A stretch of 64,000 nucleotides of DNA, from the NCBI GenBank assembly GCA_030265395.1, contig JARFYF010000074.1:89531459-89595458 (forward strand). The letters are read 5' to 3'. The notes beneath the pieces were generated by a model. It made no database searches. It saw only the letters and a program-made list of their open reading frames with translations, and was not told the origin of the DNA. This document shows positions 53,017 through 64,000 of this stretch, piece after piece; position 1 is the first letter of the stretch, and every line of letters begins with the position of its first letter. Both the position numbers and the translations under genes were made by a program. Source of the stretch: Rhina ancylostomus. Taxonomy: Eukaryota.

Positions 53017-53144
53017 TTACTTTAAGAAGTCATAGCACACATGGACCCTGGGAGGCTTTGAAGTTTCATCTCTGTAGTCTGGAATTCTTCTCACCATTTT
53101 TTCTACCTGTTACTGAGGTTTCCACTTTTGTTACCCAAGTTTCT
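53017..53144 (+). CDS. weak candidate internal exon (phase 1 to 0)
   Basis: Acceptor ttttctcatttcag, donor tct|gtgagt; open frame TLRSHSTHGPWEALKFHLCSLEFFSPFFLPVTEVSTFVTQVS. Confidence 0.2.
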
Positions 53145-53340
53145 GTGAGTGTCTCGTGCTAACTATCACAAAGCATTCAAAAAGTCAAATAGATTATTAT
53201 AGACTCCACTCTCTGAATCTGCAGTATTTTACTTTAGTTAATTCAACTACATTGTGTAACACTGTACATTATTTTGATCTATCCAGTGATACACCACATT
53301 GGATGTTTTATTGAAGCAAAATAGCTTGAAATTCCACAAA

Positions 53341-53622
53341 GGTTTAGTCTAACGGTATTACAGTGCCAGCGACCCGGGTTCAATTCCAGCCACTGTCTGT
53401 AAGGAGTTTGTACATTCTCCCCGTGTATCTGCCTGGGTTTCCTCCAGCCGCTCCGGTTTCCTTCCACATTCCAAAGACGTACGGGTTAGGAAGTGTGGGC
53501 ATGCTATGTTGACGCCAGAAGTGTGGCGACAATTGTGGGCTGCCCCCAGAACACTCTATGCAAGAGATGCATTTCACTGTGTGTTTTGATGTGCATGTGT
53601 CTAATAAAGGTATCTTATCTTT
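53341..53622 (+). mobile_element. tRNA-derived V-type SINE (same subfamily as 16868-17166)
   Basis: tattacagtgccagcgacccgggttcaattcc; V core; tail gatgcatttcactgtgtgttttgatgtgcatgtgtctaataaa. Confidence 0.9.
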
Positions 53623-53659
53623 AATGGAAGATTGGCAGAGCTATAATAGAAATAGTTTG

Positions 53660-53989
53660 GCTCGTTGGCATAGCACGTAGGCCTGCTGCCTCACAGCTCC
53701 AGTGACCTGGATTCAATTCTAACCTCTTGTGCTGTAGGTATGGAGTTTGCACATTCTCCCTGTGACTGAATGGGCATCCTCCAGGTTTCCCAGTTTCCTT
53801 TCACCTCCCAAAGGTGTGGAGGGTGGTAGGTTAATAGGCCACTATAAATTACTTCTAGAGTAGGAGGGAGATAAAAGAAATGGGGGCATGTGAGCATGTG
53901 AGAGATAACGTGTTATAAGGAAATAAGTAAGGATTCATAGAATTGCTCTGAGAACCAGCATAGGCTCAGTGGACTGAATTACCTTGTTT
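53660..53989 (+). mobile_element. V-type SINE, older subfamily; tail hit by L1
   Basis: ctgctgcctcacagctccagtgacctggattcaattct...ggagtttgcacattctccctgtgac. Confidence 0.8.
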
Positions 53990-54402
53990 ACTTTCTTTTT
54001 CGATCTTTTTTATTAGTTTTCAAATCAATACAAATTGGTATATAGCATCAAAGTTCGTACATGTATTACAAAGAGATCTNNNNNNNNNNNNNNNNNNNNN
54101 NNNNNNNNNNNNNNNNNNNNNNNNNNNNNNNNNNNNNNNNNNNNNNNNNNNNNNNNNNNNNNNNNNNNNNNNNNNNNNNAATGAAAGAAAACAAAGAAAA
54201 ACTGGGCCAAAAGTTCTCAATAGAAACAGAACAATATTACGTCATCAACTCTGTTCCTCTAAATTAAAAAGTTATTGAAGGGGGATCTACATCATGTGAA
54301 AATATTGTATCAATGGACTCCAAATGTCTTCAAATTTAAGTGAAGGAACAACAGTACCACTCCTAATTTTTTCCAAGTTTAAACATGATATAGTTTGAGA
54401 GA
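53990..54402 (-). mobile_element. 5'-truncated L1-clade LINE with 17-bp TSD
   Basis: Reverse strand FSQTISCLNLEKIRSG...KFEDIWSPLIQYF; T-rich tail with tttatt; flanks actgaattaccttgttt / actgaatgaccttgttt. Confidence 0.8.
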
Positions 54403-56321
54403 ACTGAATGACCTTGTTTTATGCCACAATGAGAAATATGAAAATGCATAAATCTTTAATGCAATTTCTCAGACCTTCCACTAATCACACCAAAAGTACG
54501 GAGATAATGTGTGAAATTTCATAGCATTAGTGTGAGAGAGCATCCACACCCACAACATCAGCAATACCAAGCTTAAATAACACATATAAGGTATAGAAGC
54601 ACCTTGAGGTACTTCACAGATGCATTAATGAAGAAAAATGCAAATGGCAACAAATGATCACCAATTACTTGCTAAGGATGACTGCCTCTAAAATTATGAC
54701 AGAGAGAAAAGAATGAAGAGAATATTCTCTTTTCAACACCTAGTATTCATTGATACAGGTGTACAGAGTGGCTGAAATAAACCCAATATACCCAAGAGCA
54801 ATAGCGTTAGTTACATTTTTCACGGTAGGTTTGGTTTCAAAGACCCGTGAAGAACATTAATCTGTTTTCTCCTGCACCACACATCAACTTTCCTTGAAGT
54901 TGCTACATCTTTGCTGAGTAGCACAGCCAATTAAGAGGGTGCTTCAGGACATGCTTAAATTAGTTGATCAAAGCAGAATTTCCTAATCAGCAAATGAATG
55001 TGAGCAGGTACTGTGACCAGGTACCGCCTGTAGCACAAATGTTTTCATGTCTTACAGATGTTATTGCAAACTATTTTACTCCAGTATTCAGGTAGCTGTT
55101 GTAAGAATTGTTTGTAAAAATTGGCATTAGAATGCATGCATGTATTTTGCACTTAATAAAGATATACAGGACTGCATAAAGTGCTTTGTGGGTATAAAAA
55201 CAAAGTGATTTATTAATATAGAGCACTACAGTTGAGATTTTAAACATTTGCTAATTATACTGCTTTGGAGGCTAATTAAAGCATGTGGACAGATTTCTTT
55301 TCCATGTTCCAGATACATGTCTTTAAAATGTAACTGGAGATCTTTAAGATCCAGACTGGTTAATGTGCTTCCAAATATGAAGAGACAGCTTTTGGCATTG
55401 GGCACGAGTTGTGGAATGATACAACGATGAAAAGAAACGGCGGGGAATTTCTCACATCAAAAAATTGCAACACCCCTGCAGGGAGGACCACACTTCCGTT
55501 ACTGTGAGAAAGAGGGGAGAATCAAACACAGACAAAGGCAGGAAAGCTATGGCATGGTTCTGACCAGGAAGCCCACAAGATAGCAGGAACAGAGATTAAA
55601 TTACACTCATTTAGAAAAAATTGAAAGACCATAATTCAATTGTTTCCAAATTTTGCATCTTAGTGGAAATTTGTCAGTTTGAACCTCACTTTAATTCTCA
55701 CATGGATTAAACTTACCAAAAGAAAGTTGTAGCTGCAGCTGGAAAGAAAGCTGAGTTTTCTAAATAGTTATTGTCAGGTTTCCCATAAAATACTTGTTGT
55801 GTCTCCTTGTCACATGTGGATGAATAATTGTATTATTTATGGTTATTTATTCTTCTATGGTAACCTCTGCCTTTATTTGGCTTGTTCGGCATTGTTTGTG
55901 TCTATTGCCCTTGTCCTTTTAGGTCTCAGAGGTCACAATTTTAGGGGGTGCTTTTGAAGAAGCATTGGCAAGTGCACTTTGCAGAAATTACATACAACAG
56001 CAATCAGCAGTCCACTTTTGAACTGTTAGAACCTATCCCACTTAGTTTGATAGTAATGCCACTCAATAAATGCCATGCCAGTGATCACTCTACTAATGTC
56101 ATAAAGGGCAGATGTATCAACAACAGATAGATTGGTGAGAAAAGGTTTGCATAATTTTCCCTTTCTGTTGGTTTTCAATCCACTTGCTCCTGGCCATGCC
56201 AGCTTGGAGTTTCCTTCATGAACCAGCCTGCTCAGTCAGTGAAGTGAGCCACAGACATTGATGGTCCCCACCACAAACGTACTATACTCTTGGTGTTTCT
56301 TCCAAAGGCTGTTTAACCAAG

Positions 56322-56843
56322 TGTCATAATGTCACACAAAGAGAGAGATCACAGAGAACCTAAATGCAGAACACTGGAATGAGACTGGAGTCAGGACTCT
56401 TCCTCAGTACCAAACACAGAACAACAAGCCAAAGGAATCTTGCTTTGGGACTCTGAGGCAGAGTCCTGACACAGAAACAGGGCTTTCTAGGAGAACTTTC
56501 TAGGAGAAACTGCAAAACCAGGACTGCTCTAGAGTTAACAGCTCTAAGCAGCCTGGAGACAAAGTATACCCAGAGATAGGCCAATAATCNNNNNNNNNNN
56601 NNNNNNNNNNNNNNNNNNNNNNNNNNNNNNNNNNNNNNNNNNNNNNNNNNNNNNNNNNNNNNNNNNNNNNNNNNNNNNNNNNNNNNNNNTTGTGTATCCA
56701 GGGTTCTTATACAATTCTCCTGATGGAGCTCAGGTGTGTGTCATTAGGAAAATAGTAGTGCATGGAAACCATGTGCTGCATAACAAGGCACCATCAATGG
56801 GGATAAGGGGCAGAATTGAGAACCAGCACTCAGAACCATTACA
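56322..56843 (-). mobile_element. solo-LTR-like element with internal gap
   Basis: TGTCA...TTACA ends; perfect 5-bp TSD CCAAG (56317-21, 56844-48); homologous to 25718-26114. Confidence 0.9.
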
Positions 56844-57264
56844 CCAAGAGGAGTACTTATTCCTCAGATGCAGGATTCCTTTTCTATGCTTGACCTGATG
56901 CCATGAGACTTCATAGGAGTGGAAACAATGTTGATATTCCCAGGGCATTTCTCCCAACTGTATACCAATATACTAGTAGGTTTATCTTGCTGATTAGAAA
57001 TGCATATTCATATCAGGGCCTGAGATCTCTAATTTTGCAAGTAGGGGTATGTAGGGATGATCTAATATACAAAAGCTCCAGATATTTGCAAGGAGAACTT
57101 TGCAGGGTTGACGTAGCTGGTTGTGCTTTGTCATGTTCTAAGCAAATGCATAGTTTGATACTACATCATCTGAACAGTTTTATTTTTCTATTGTATTGGT
57201 TGTTTGCAACTGGGAGACTTACTAGGCCCTTTCAGAAAGTAGTTAACAGTCAATCACATTACTT

Positions 57265-57500
57265 TGGGTAATGGAGTCATGTATAGGTAAGGATAACCAA
57301 TTTCCTTCCATAAAGTTCATCAGTGAACCAAATGGATTTTTACTATAATTAGGTAAATTCAAGTTCACATTACTGAAGGTGGCTTTATAATTCTGGATAA
57401 TTTAATTAGTTAAATTTGAATTCCTCTGTTGCAGTGTTGGAATTTGAACTCGTGTCCATACTTGAGTAGTCCAGATGCCTGAACTACCGATTCCATTAAT
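57265..57500 (-). mobile_element. SINE or LINE-5' fragment related to 52690 and 58495
   Basis: ggagtcatgtatagg...tttccttccataaagttcatcagtgaaccaaatggatttttac...ggaatttgaactcgtgtc. Confidence 0.6.
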
Positions 57501-57987
57501 TTCTCCACTTTTCTACAATTCCCAAATATCCCAAGCAGGAAAGGTATGAATTGTGTATATTATCTTTGCAGTAACAAATCTTTCATCAACTTTCTGTTTT
57601 TAAGTTAGGATGCAAGGCTTCTTGTGCCTGCCTACCCACTAATGTCTGGAAGTTTGCCCAAGGGTCCATCCAGCTACATAATGAAAAAGATTTAACCGGA
57701 GCAATGTCAAAAATTGGAGTGCCTTTTTGCATTAACTTTACTTCCCAATGTGGGTATTCAACTGGAGTTCTGTAGAATTTAACCAGGGTGCAGACTGCCT
57801 TTAAATGTCATTGGTGGTGCCCTCCTTTCTTCCTGCCCTTTAGGCATGTTGCCAATGAGCAGCATGCATACTGCTTGCAGCACACCAATTTTCATCAACT
57901 TCAAAACAAGCACCAGTTTATGTTAGTTGTAAAACGTGTCAACAATGACACAACCTGCAAAGCCTTTTCAACCTGTTTGTTTTTCAG

Positions 57988-58146
57988 AACAGCATTCATT
58001 GAAAATAAGTCACATTACATGGGACGTGATTTTGAATTGGGACCATGTTGGGTGGTTCTCGCGAAGGTGGCAAGCGTTATCTATTCAGATGAGTTCCTTA
58101 TCGACATGTTCACCAAATTATTATACACATTTAGTATACGCATGAG
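57988..58146 (+). CDS. candidate internal exon of unidentified gene (159 bp, phase 2 to 2)
   Basis: Acceptor cctgtttgtttttcag, donor gag|gttagt; open frame TAFIENKSHYMGRDFELGPCWVVLAKVASVIYSDEFLIDMFTKLLYTFSIRMR; six CpGs retained. Confidence 0.35.
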
Positions 58147-58494
58147 GTTAGTTTAATATTTTGTAAGGATAAGCAATAAAGCTGCTCATCCTGTGCAGAG
58201 CAGCAGGCTACAGTCACCCACTATACCATTCAGATCAGCTGGTTAACAGCTCAAGAGGCACCCTTTCATTGCTGGCCAGAGCTCAGTGCTTCCCAAACTC
58301 TGCAACCCTGGCTTCATAACTCCAGCACAGCCCCTGCTCTTTAGTGGCATATATCTGGCAGAGGGAATTGAAGCATAATACCTGGGATATAAACACCAGG
58401 GGACAGAGCCGGAACTGGAGCACAGAACAATCATGGCACCATTAACAGAAGTTGAACTTCTAATCCCCTCAGAAAGCTAGGNNNNNNNNNNTCA

Positions 58495-59125
58495 ATTTAT
58501 TAATCTGGCACTTAAAATCTGACCATAAAATGACCAAACTGTTGCAAAAACAAATTTGGTTCACTAATGTGCTACTGGGTCAGAGATCTGCACCCCTTGA
58601 ACAGTTTGTGCTATATGCCAATCCAGACCTTCAACAATGTAATTGATTCATAACTGTCTTCTGAAATGGCCTGGGAGAATGTTTAGTTGAATCAAACCCC
58701 TTTAAGAATAAAACCAGATGTAACACCCAACTTTGGCCCACGCACTAATTTTGAATACATCAGTGCCACCCCCACCACAGATGATTTTGTAAGTCCTTCC
58801 TAACAAACATCTGGAGCCTGATATCTAAATTGGGAAAGCTATCCCACAACTAATAATGCAGCAGTCTGACAATGTCATAGTCAAGGAATTATTCCCTTTG
58901 GCTAATATCCCAGAATCCTCCACCAATCTCACAAGTAATGTCCTGTTTCACTGGCAGAACTGTCCCATTTGAGGTTGCAGGCCAGGGGCAGGCACTCAAG
59001 AATCAGTGGAGCTGATTTTCCTCAGCATAGACTCTGGGTATGACAAAATCTCTTGACATCAGATCAAGCATGGGTAAAGAAGTCACATGTTGATCATTGT
59101 CTAACATTTACCTTCAGCTGAGGAA
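58495..59125 (+). mobile_element. 5' end and endonuclease start of L2/CR1-clade LINE
   Basis: tggttcactaatgt...ctgaaatggcct 5' region, then FLTNIWSLISKLGKLSH..IMQQSDNVIVKE (APE N-terminal pattern). Confidence 0.65.
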
Positions 59126-61239
59126 TTAGAACTGTTTGTCTAAATGACAAAGAAAATTCGATGGTTTGTGAAATGAGATTTTGATTTGCTGTAAGCATAC
59201 TTCGTGTGATTAGTGAATATCAATGTCAGCTACATTTTATCTAAAATCTTTTCTTTGCTGGGGAGTGTCAATCTTTTCATATCTTTGGAGATGATTCTCA
59301 AACATTGAGAATCACTGTTGCCTTCTGAACAGATAAATGTATTGTTCATAAATGTATGTCTTGAGTCAATTGTGGTGCAGATTGCACTTTAGTGTATTAC
59401 ATACAGTTTGAGGCCTCTGAACAAGCATTTAACCTTCTCTAGATTAAAGCCTACACAGCTGGTTTCTGGGGTAGGAGACAGATTAAATTATCACCTGCTG
59501 TTGAATACTTGAAATGCTATAAGCAGATAATTACAACAAGAGTGATGCTTTAGTCATTCTTTAAGATGATTTTTAATAATTATTGATCATTGATAACTAT
59601 AACTTATGTTACATAACTCCAGTTAATAGGCAGCTGTGCTGCACAAGGAACAGAATATGTTGCTTCTGATCAGGTTATGTGCTCAGCTGCAGAGCTGACC
59701 GTTACAACAATGTCTCTGAGCTGAGAATTTTCTCGGTAGTTAGACAATGAAAAGTTTTAAAAAAACATAGAATGAACTGATAATGGATAAATGTATGTGT
59801 CATCTGGGGATTTATGAAATGATGTACAATGTAGCTATTTCTGTCATATTCTGTATCTGGTTTGATCCAAAAATTGTACTTACAGGTTATAAATAGAAGA
59901 AGCGACCCAATGGGCTTGTTCTAGCAGGGACAGCAAAGAACTGTACAGTTCAAAGTTAGAGACAGAAATATGCATTCCTGATCAATGTTTGTTAAGGAAA
60001 CAAGCAGGTGTAGACAGCATCGACATTAACGGTATCATTTTTTTTTCTTATTTCGTAGTCAAATACTTCCAGCATCTGCCAATATATTTTGCTTTTTGAT
60101 TATTGGACTAACTTCCTTTCCCATGAAGAATGGTCATCTAAGAGTGGTATAAAAAGGTTCTCGGCAGGAAAACAATATGAAGGAACAGTTGTTGGACTGG
60201 AGGAACAGTTGGTGGACTAAAGGAACACTGACTAATTCTTCATCCTCACCACACAGTCATTAGTGTGGCAGAGCTGATAACCCACACTGAATGGACCTCA
60301 GTCCATCTTTCTTCTAGTGAAACCCAGCCTGACTCCAGCATTCCAACATTGGCAAGGCAATCAAATCTGCCAAATTATCACCAGTGTTTTAAAGGGAAAA
60401 CCTTATTTCATTAGCTGAGTTTTGGAGCTAATTATTTACTTCAGCAGTAAGTTTTATACTGCCCACTCTAATTTAAAAGTGACCAGTGAAGTCACATATG
60501 CAGTGAAGCAACAATTTAGTTTATATACCACAATCTCAGCCCGTAAAGTGATTTATGGAATCCAGTCACTGCTGCTTTGTAGGAAATGCAGCAGTTAATT
60601 TGCACAAACTCCAAAGAACAATTAAGTTATCATGACAGGTTCATGACCTTGAAATCCAAAAGCTTTATATTCAGCACTTTGTCTCTGAAAATTGCCTTAA
60701 TTTGAGAGTAGAATATCATTGCAACCAGTTCCAGCTTGAATTACACCACCCTGGAACTTCAGGTAGGTGGTTCTGGCAACACCATGAACATCCTGCAGTA
60801 AGTCTCAGCTCAGCACCAAAAACCCAACACAGTTAAGTCCCCTTTGATATTTATTTTAACCTTGATTAACCTCCACCACCATTCTCCCCAAAACCTAACC
60901 ACATGACTCCCAGATCACAATCTCCTGGTNNNNNNNNNNNNNNNCATTACAGATCCAGACCACATCCTCCATCCCTCTTTGATCAGGCCCATGATCACCA
61001 TCCCTCCCCATCCACAGTTTGCCCATGGTCCCACACTCATCTCATTTTCATTTACTCCACAGCGCACAAACAGAAGTTTGTAGTGGGCAGACATGAGTGC
61101 CTAATATCTTTGCTCTTAGAAGCTGTGCAATGACTTTTCAGTGCCCTATTTCAGTCCCAAATGACTTTCCAGATCCATCAATTTAACCATTGTAGATTAG
61201 GAGATAAGTATAGCTAAAATATTGGTGCTCTGTATGTCT

Positions 61240-61425
61240 TTGAAAGTATCATTGGGCCTTTTATGTCCATTGCAGGGTGTAAGCATGACCTCAGTTTGAC
61301 ACTGGATCAATTGATAGCACCTACAACGGCAGAATCCCCTCAATTCTGCACTGGAACACCAGGCAAGATTTTTGGCTCAAACCTCTAGATTTGGATTTGA
61401 ACCCACAACTTTCCAACTCAGACAT
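61240..61425 (-). mobile_element. Deu-type SINE 5' half
   Basis: gacctcagtttgac...gatagcacctacaacggcagaatcccctcaattctgcactgga...gatttgaacccacaactttccaactcaga. Confidence 0.65.
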
Positions 61426-62233
61426 TCCATTGTATATGATGCATTCACTTATCGTCTCTTTTCCTAAATTAACCAATTAATGTCAGTGGAATTTGAAGTC
61501 CAATCGCTAACAGATTCACTTTTATGAGAAGATCTGATTAAACTGGCAGTTTGGGTTCCCCATAACATACATCTGTTCATCCTGGCCAAATAGAGCAGAT
61601 GTTTCCTCAGAAGCCTCGGAGAGAAAGACAGAGCCCATTCTAATGTAATTGTATCAAACTTTCCAATTTCTACATTTTTGTGTATTATGAGGATTCTGCA
61701 TATATTGAGTGTATCAGGTAAGAACCAGCAGGGGTAGTGTACTAAGTCAAATGAAAAGTCACACAGAGTAAAAGACTTGCTTAACATTCAGGTCTGTGCA
61801 ATTACTGTTGTACATGATACATCAAACAAAACAAAACTGCCTTTATTGGATGTATGTGCTTTTAGAAACCAATATAGCATCCATATATGCACATATATTT
61901 ACAACACTAGGAAGGTCAAATGCCATTTTAGCAAAGGCATATGCAAACACAATTAGTATCCACCAAAAGTGTGCAGAGGAGGCAGTCCGTGGTAGCAATT
62001 GGGATGCAACACATGTTTGATGCCAGCACTCTGTCATTTAGTGGCATTCTTACTATATTTGATCAGGTGTTAAGTGTAGAAAGAACCTCGAACGGTGAGA
62101 TGTAAAGGGATCATCAATTACTTACAAGTTTGTGTTTGGTTGATTTTCCCTGGCTGTTTTTACGTTTGTGCACATCAAAGGACTTTTCACACTTGTTTCT
62201 AGTTGTAAAAGTCTACAGGCAGTGGTTTGACAG

Positions 62234-62456
62234 AGAAACAAGAGACTGCAGATGCTGGAATCTGGAGCAACAATCTGCTGGAGGAACTCAGCGGGTCAAG
62301 CAACATCTGTGGGAGGAAAGGAACTGTCGAAGTTTCAGCTGGAAACCTTGCATCCCTGACCCAATGCAGGGTTTCAACCCCGAACGTCGACAATTCCTTT
62401 CCTCCCACGGAAACGCGACCCACTGAGTTCCTCCAGAAGATTGTTTGTTGCTCCAG
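62234..62456. mobile_element. young palindromic MER6-like/Penelope-repeat hairpin
   Basis: ctggagcaacaatctgctggaggaactcagcgggtc...gggaggaaaggaactgtcga mirrored by tcgacaattcctttcctcccac...gacccactgagttcctccagaagattgtttgttgctccag. Confidence 0.85.
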
Positions 62457-62499
62457 TGGTTTGACAAATGTTGAAGGATCTCAAGGTTTTAACTTAAAA

Positions 62500-62890
62500 G
62501 CTTACACAAAAATGAGTTGCTTCTGGACCTGGGTGCCTTTTGGAATCCTTCAGAAATCAAGCATGATTAGGTGAATGAGCAGAAGGTCACACCAGTTCCC
62601 AGACGAGAGAGGACGAGGACTCTCGGGAAAGTTTGCATTACTGCTCTTAGTCTTCTTCAGGCCCATCAATGGCCTCATCTGAGTGCACTCCAGCAAAACA
62701 AGTAACAACCTCACAATACAATGAGCTGGAGCCCAGTATGATCTGCAAGAAATTTGTGCTGGATATTTCATCACTTACAGATCCCATNNNNNNNNNATAT
62801 CATTGTTTGATCTGGGAGCTGCAATTATGTGTTTAGCATCATCTCTCTTGTCGTGGTTTCCCTCCACTGCATTCTCAAATTGCACATCTT
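62500..62890 (+). mobile_element. decayed Harbinger transposase fragments
   Basis: Ordered patches resembling QGAIDCTH (caggcccatcaatggcctc), ILxVCARY (LQEICAGY) and RCLDRSGGALQY (cattgtttgatctgggagctgcaatta). Confidence 0.4.
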
Positions 62891-64000
62891 GAAATCTGAA
62901 AGTGAAAAAAATGCGAGGGTAGGGTTGTGGTGACTAGAGAGGGAGAAGCAAAGAATGCATATTTACACCATCTGCAACTCATAAATCAAGAGAGGTTGTG
63001 GGAAGATGAGGAAGTAGGATGTCAGAAGAAGAACTCTGTGAGAGGATTCCATCATCTTTAATTGTTTCATCCCCACTCATGCTTATGTATTCAGTGATCA
63101 ATTGCTCTTCACATTTTGGCCAACACCATCTCCTCCACAGGGTTGTTCCTTTCCTTCTCCGTATAGCTCCTACCTCTGTCTCTGCACCATTTTCTTCTAC
63201 AAGGGAGATGAAAGAGTGTCCATGAATACTGTGCAATGTGGTTTGGTGATGGGGCTATTGTGATGATCATCTAGCAGTCTCTGTGATCTGTGTATAAGTG
63301 TTGCAAGAGTCCTAAGTATATGAGGTGAAGCATATGGCTGTAACTGATATAAAATTGATGGAGATTACTGGTAAATGAATAGTGCAGGTGTAGTGATGAT
63401 TGAATATGACATTGGAAGATGCTTTCCCTGATCTTGAGGTCCATTGACTTAAATGAAGTCTAATTATCAAATCTATATAGAGATACAATGTTACTGACCA
63501 AGAATGAACTGCTGTCCAATAAAGCCAGAAAATTCTTGGTCACCAAGAATTCCCATGGTAAGCCATTCATCTCTCAAAATTCAACTCACATTGTCTCCAA
63601 CCACAGTACATTTCTTTAAGCAATTCAGTCTGCATTTAAGTTAGGTTAACAATAATGGTATTGGACACTAACAGTGCTGTCAGTGCTGAGTGGAGGTAAT
63701 CATGTAAAACACTTTCATCAACTACGTATGGGGTAATTCCACATGGTGATCCTGGTGCCCGATATTGGAGGCTCTCTAATTTTTGCTCCTTGTACATCCA
63801 TCCAACTGATTATCTCCTGGTTAAAAAAAAAACAATAAATTAAAAGCCAAGATCAATCAAGAGAAGCATAGCTGAAAGATTCTATGGGAACCTTGTGTTA
63901 TTGATGATAGTGAATTCTTGCTCTGGTTAGCATTCTGTTATAGATGCACAGCCATATGGCAATAATACTGAAGCCAAAATTTGGTATAAAAATAGTGGCT

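Noticed and set aside
55923-56021. Exon after acceptor cccttgtccttttag (VSEVTILGGAFEEAL...)
   Set aside because: It hits a stop with no GT donor and the peptide is unrecognised; not supportable
60181-60235. 20-bp tandem duplication aggaacagttg(t/g)tggact
   Set aside because: About 2.5 copies; ordinary slippage duplication
62125-62211. Minus-strand 87-bp exon candidate
   Set aside because: Weak acceptor beside a repeat, two frames open, no partner exons or recognisable peptide
63531-63551. Perfect inverted repeat aattcttggt-c-accaagaatt
   Set aside because: Isolated 10-bp arms with a 1-nt loop and no supporting context; compatible with chance

Overview
AT-rich, CpG-depleted vertebrate DNA from a draft assembly with many N gaps. 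The repeat content (HER1/CR1 LINEs, tRNA-derived V-type SINEs, Deu-type SINEs, Penelope elements) points to a cartilaginous fish, probably a ray (inference). No recognisable host gene, rRNA, tRNA or CRISPR array is present. The window reads as intronic or intergenic DNA layered with transposons: CR1 (one ~3 kb ORF2 copy), an L2/CR1-clade LINE, Rex1-like and L1 3' ends, Penelope fragments and hairpin derivatives with hammerhead-like motifs, a Tigger-like MITE, and very old Harbinger and Gypsy fossils. The best-supported unexpected feature is a ~400 bp TG...CA element with 5-bp target-site duplications (solo-LTR-like) present five times. Two or three well-bounded open + strand exon candidates of an unidentified gene are also noted. 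I found no convincing new biological system. All family assignments are by eye, not from database searches.
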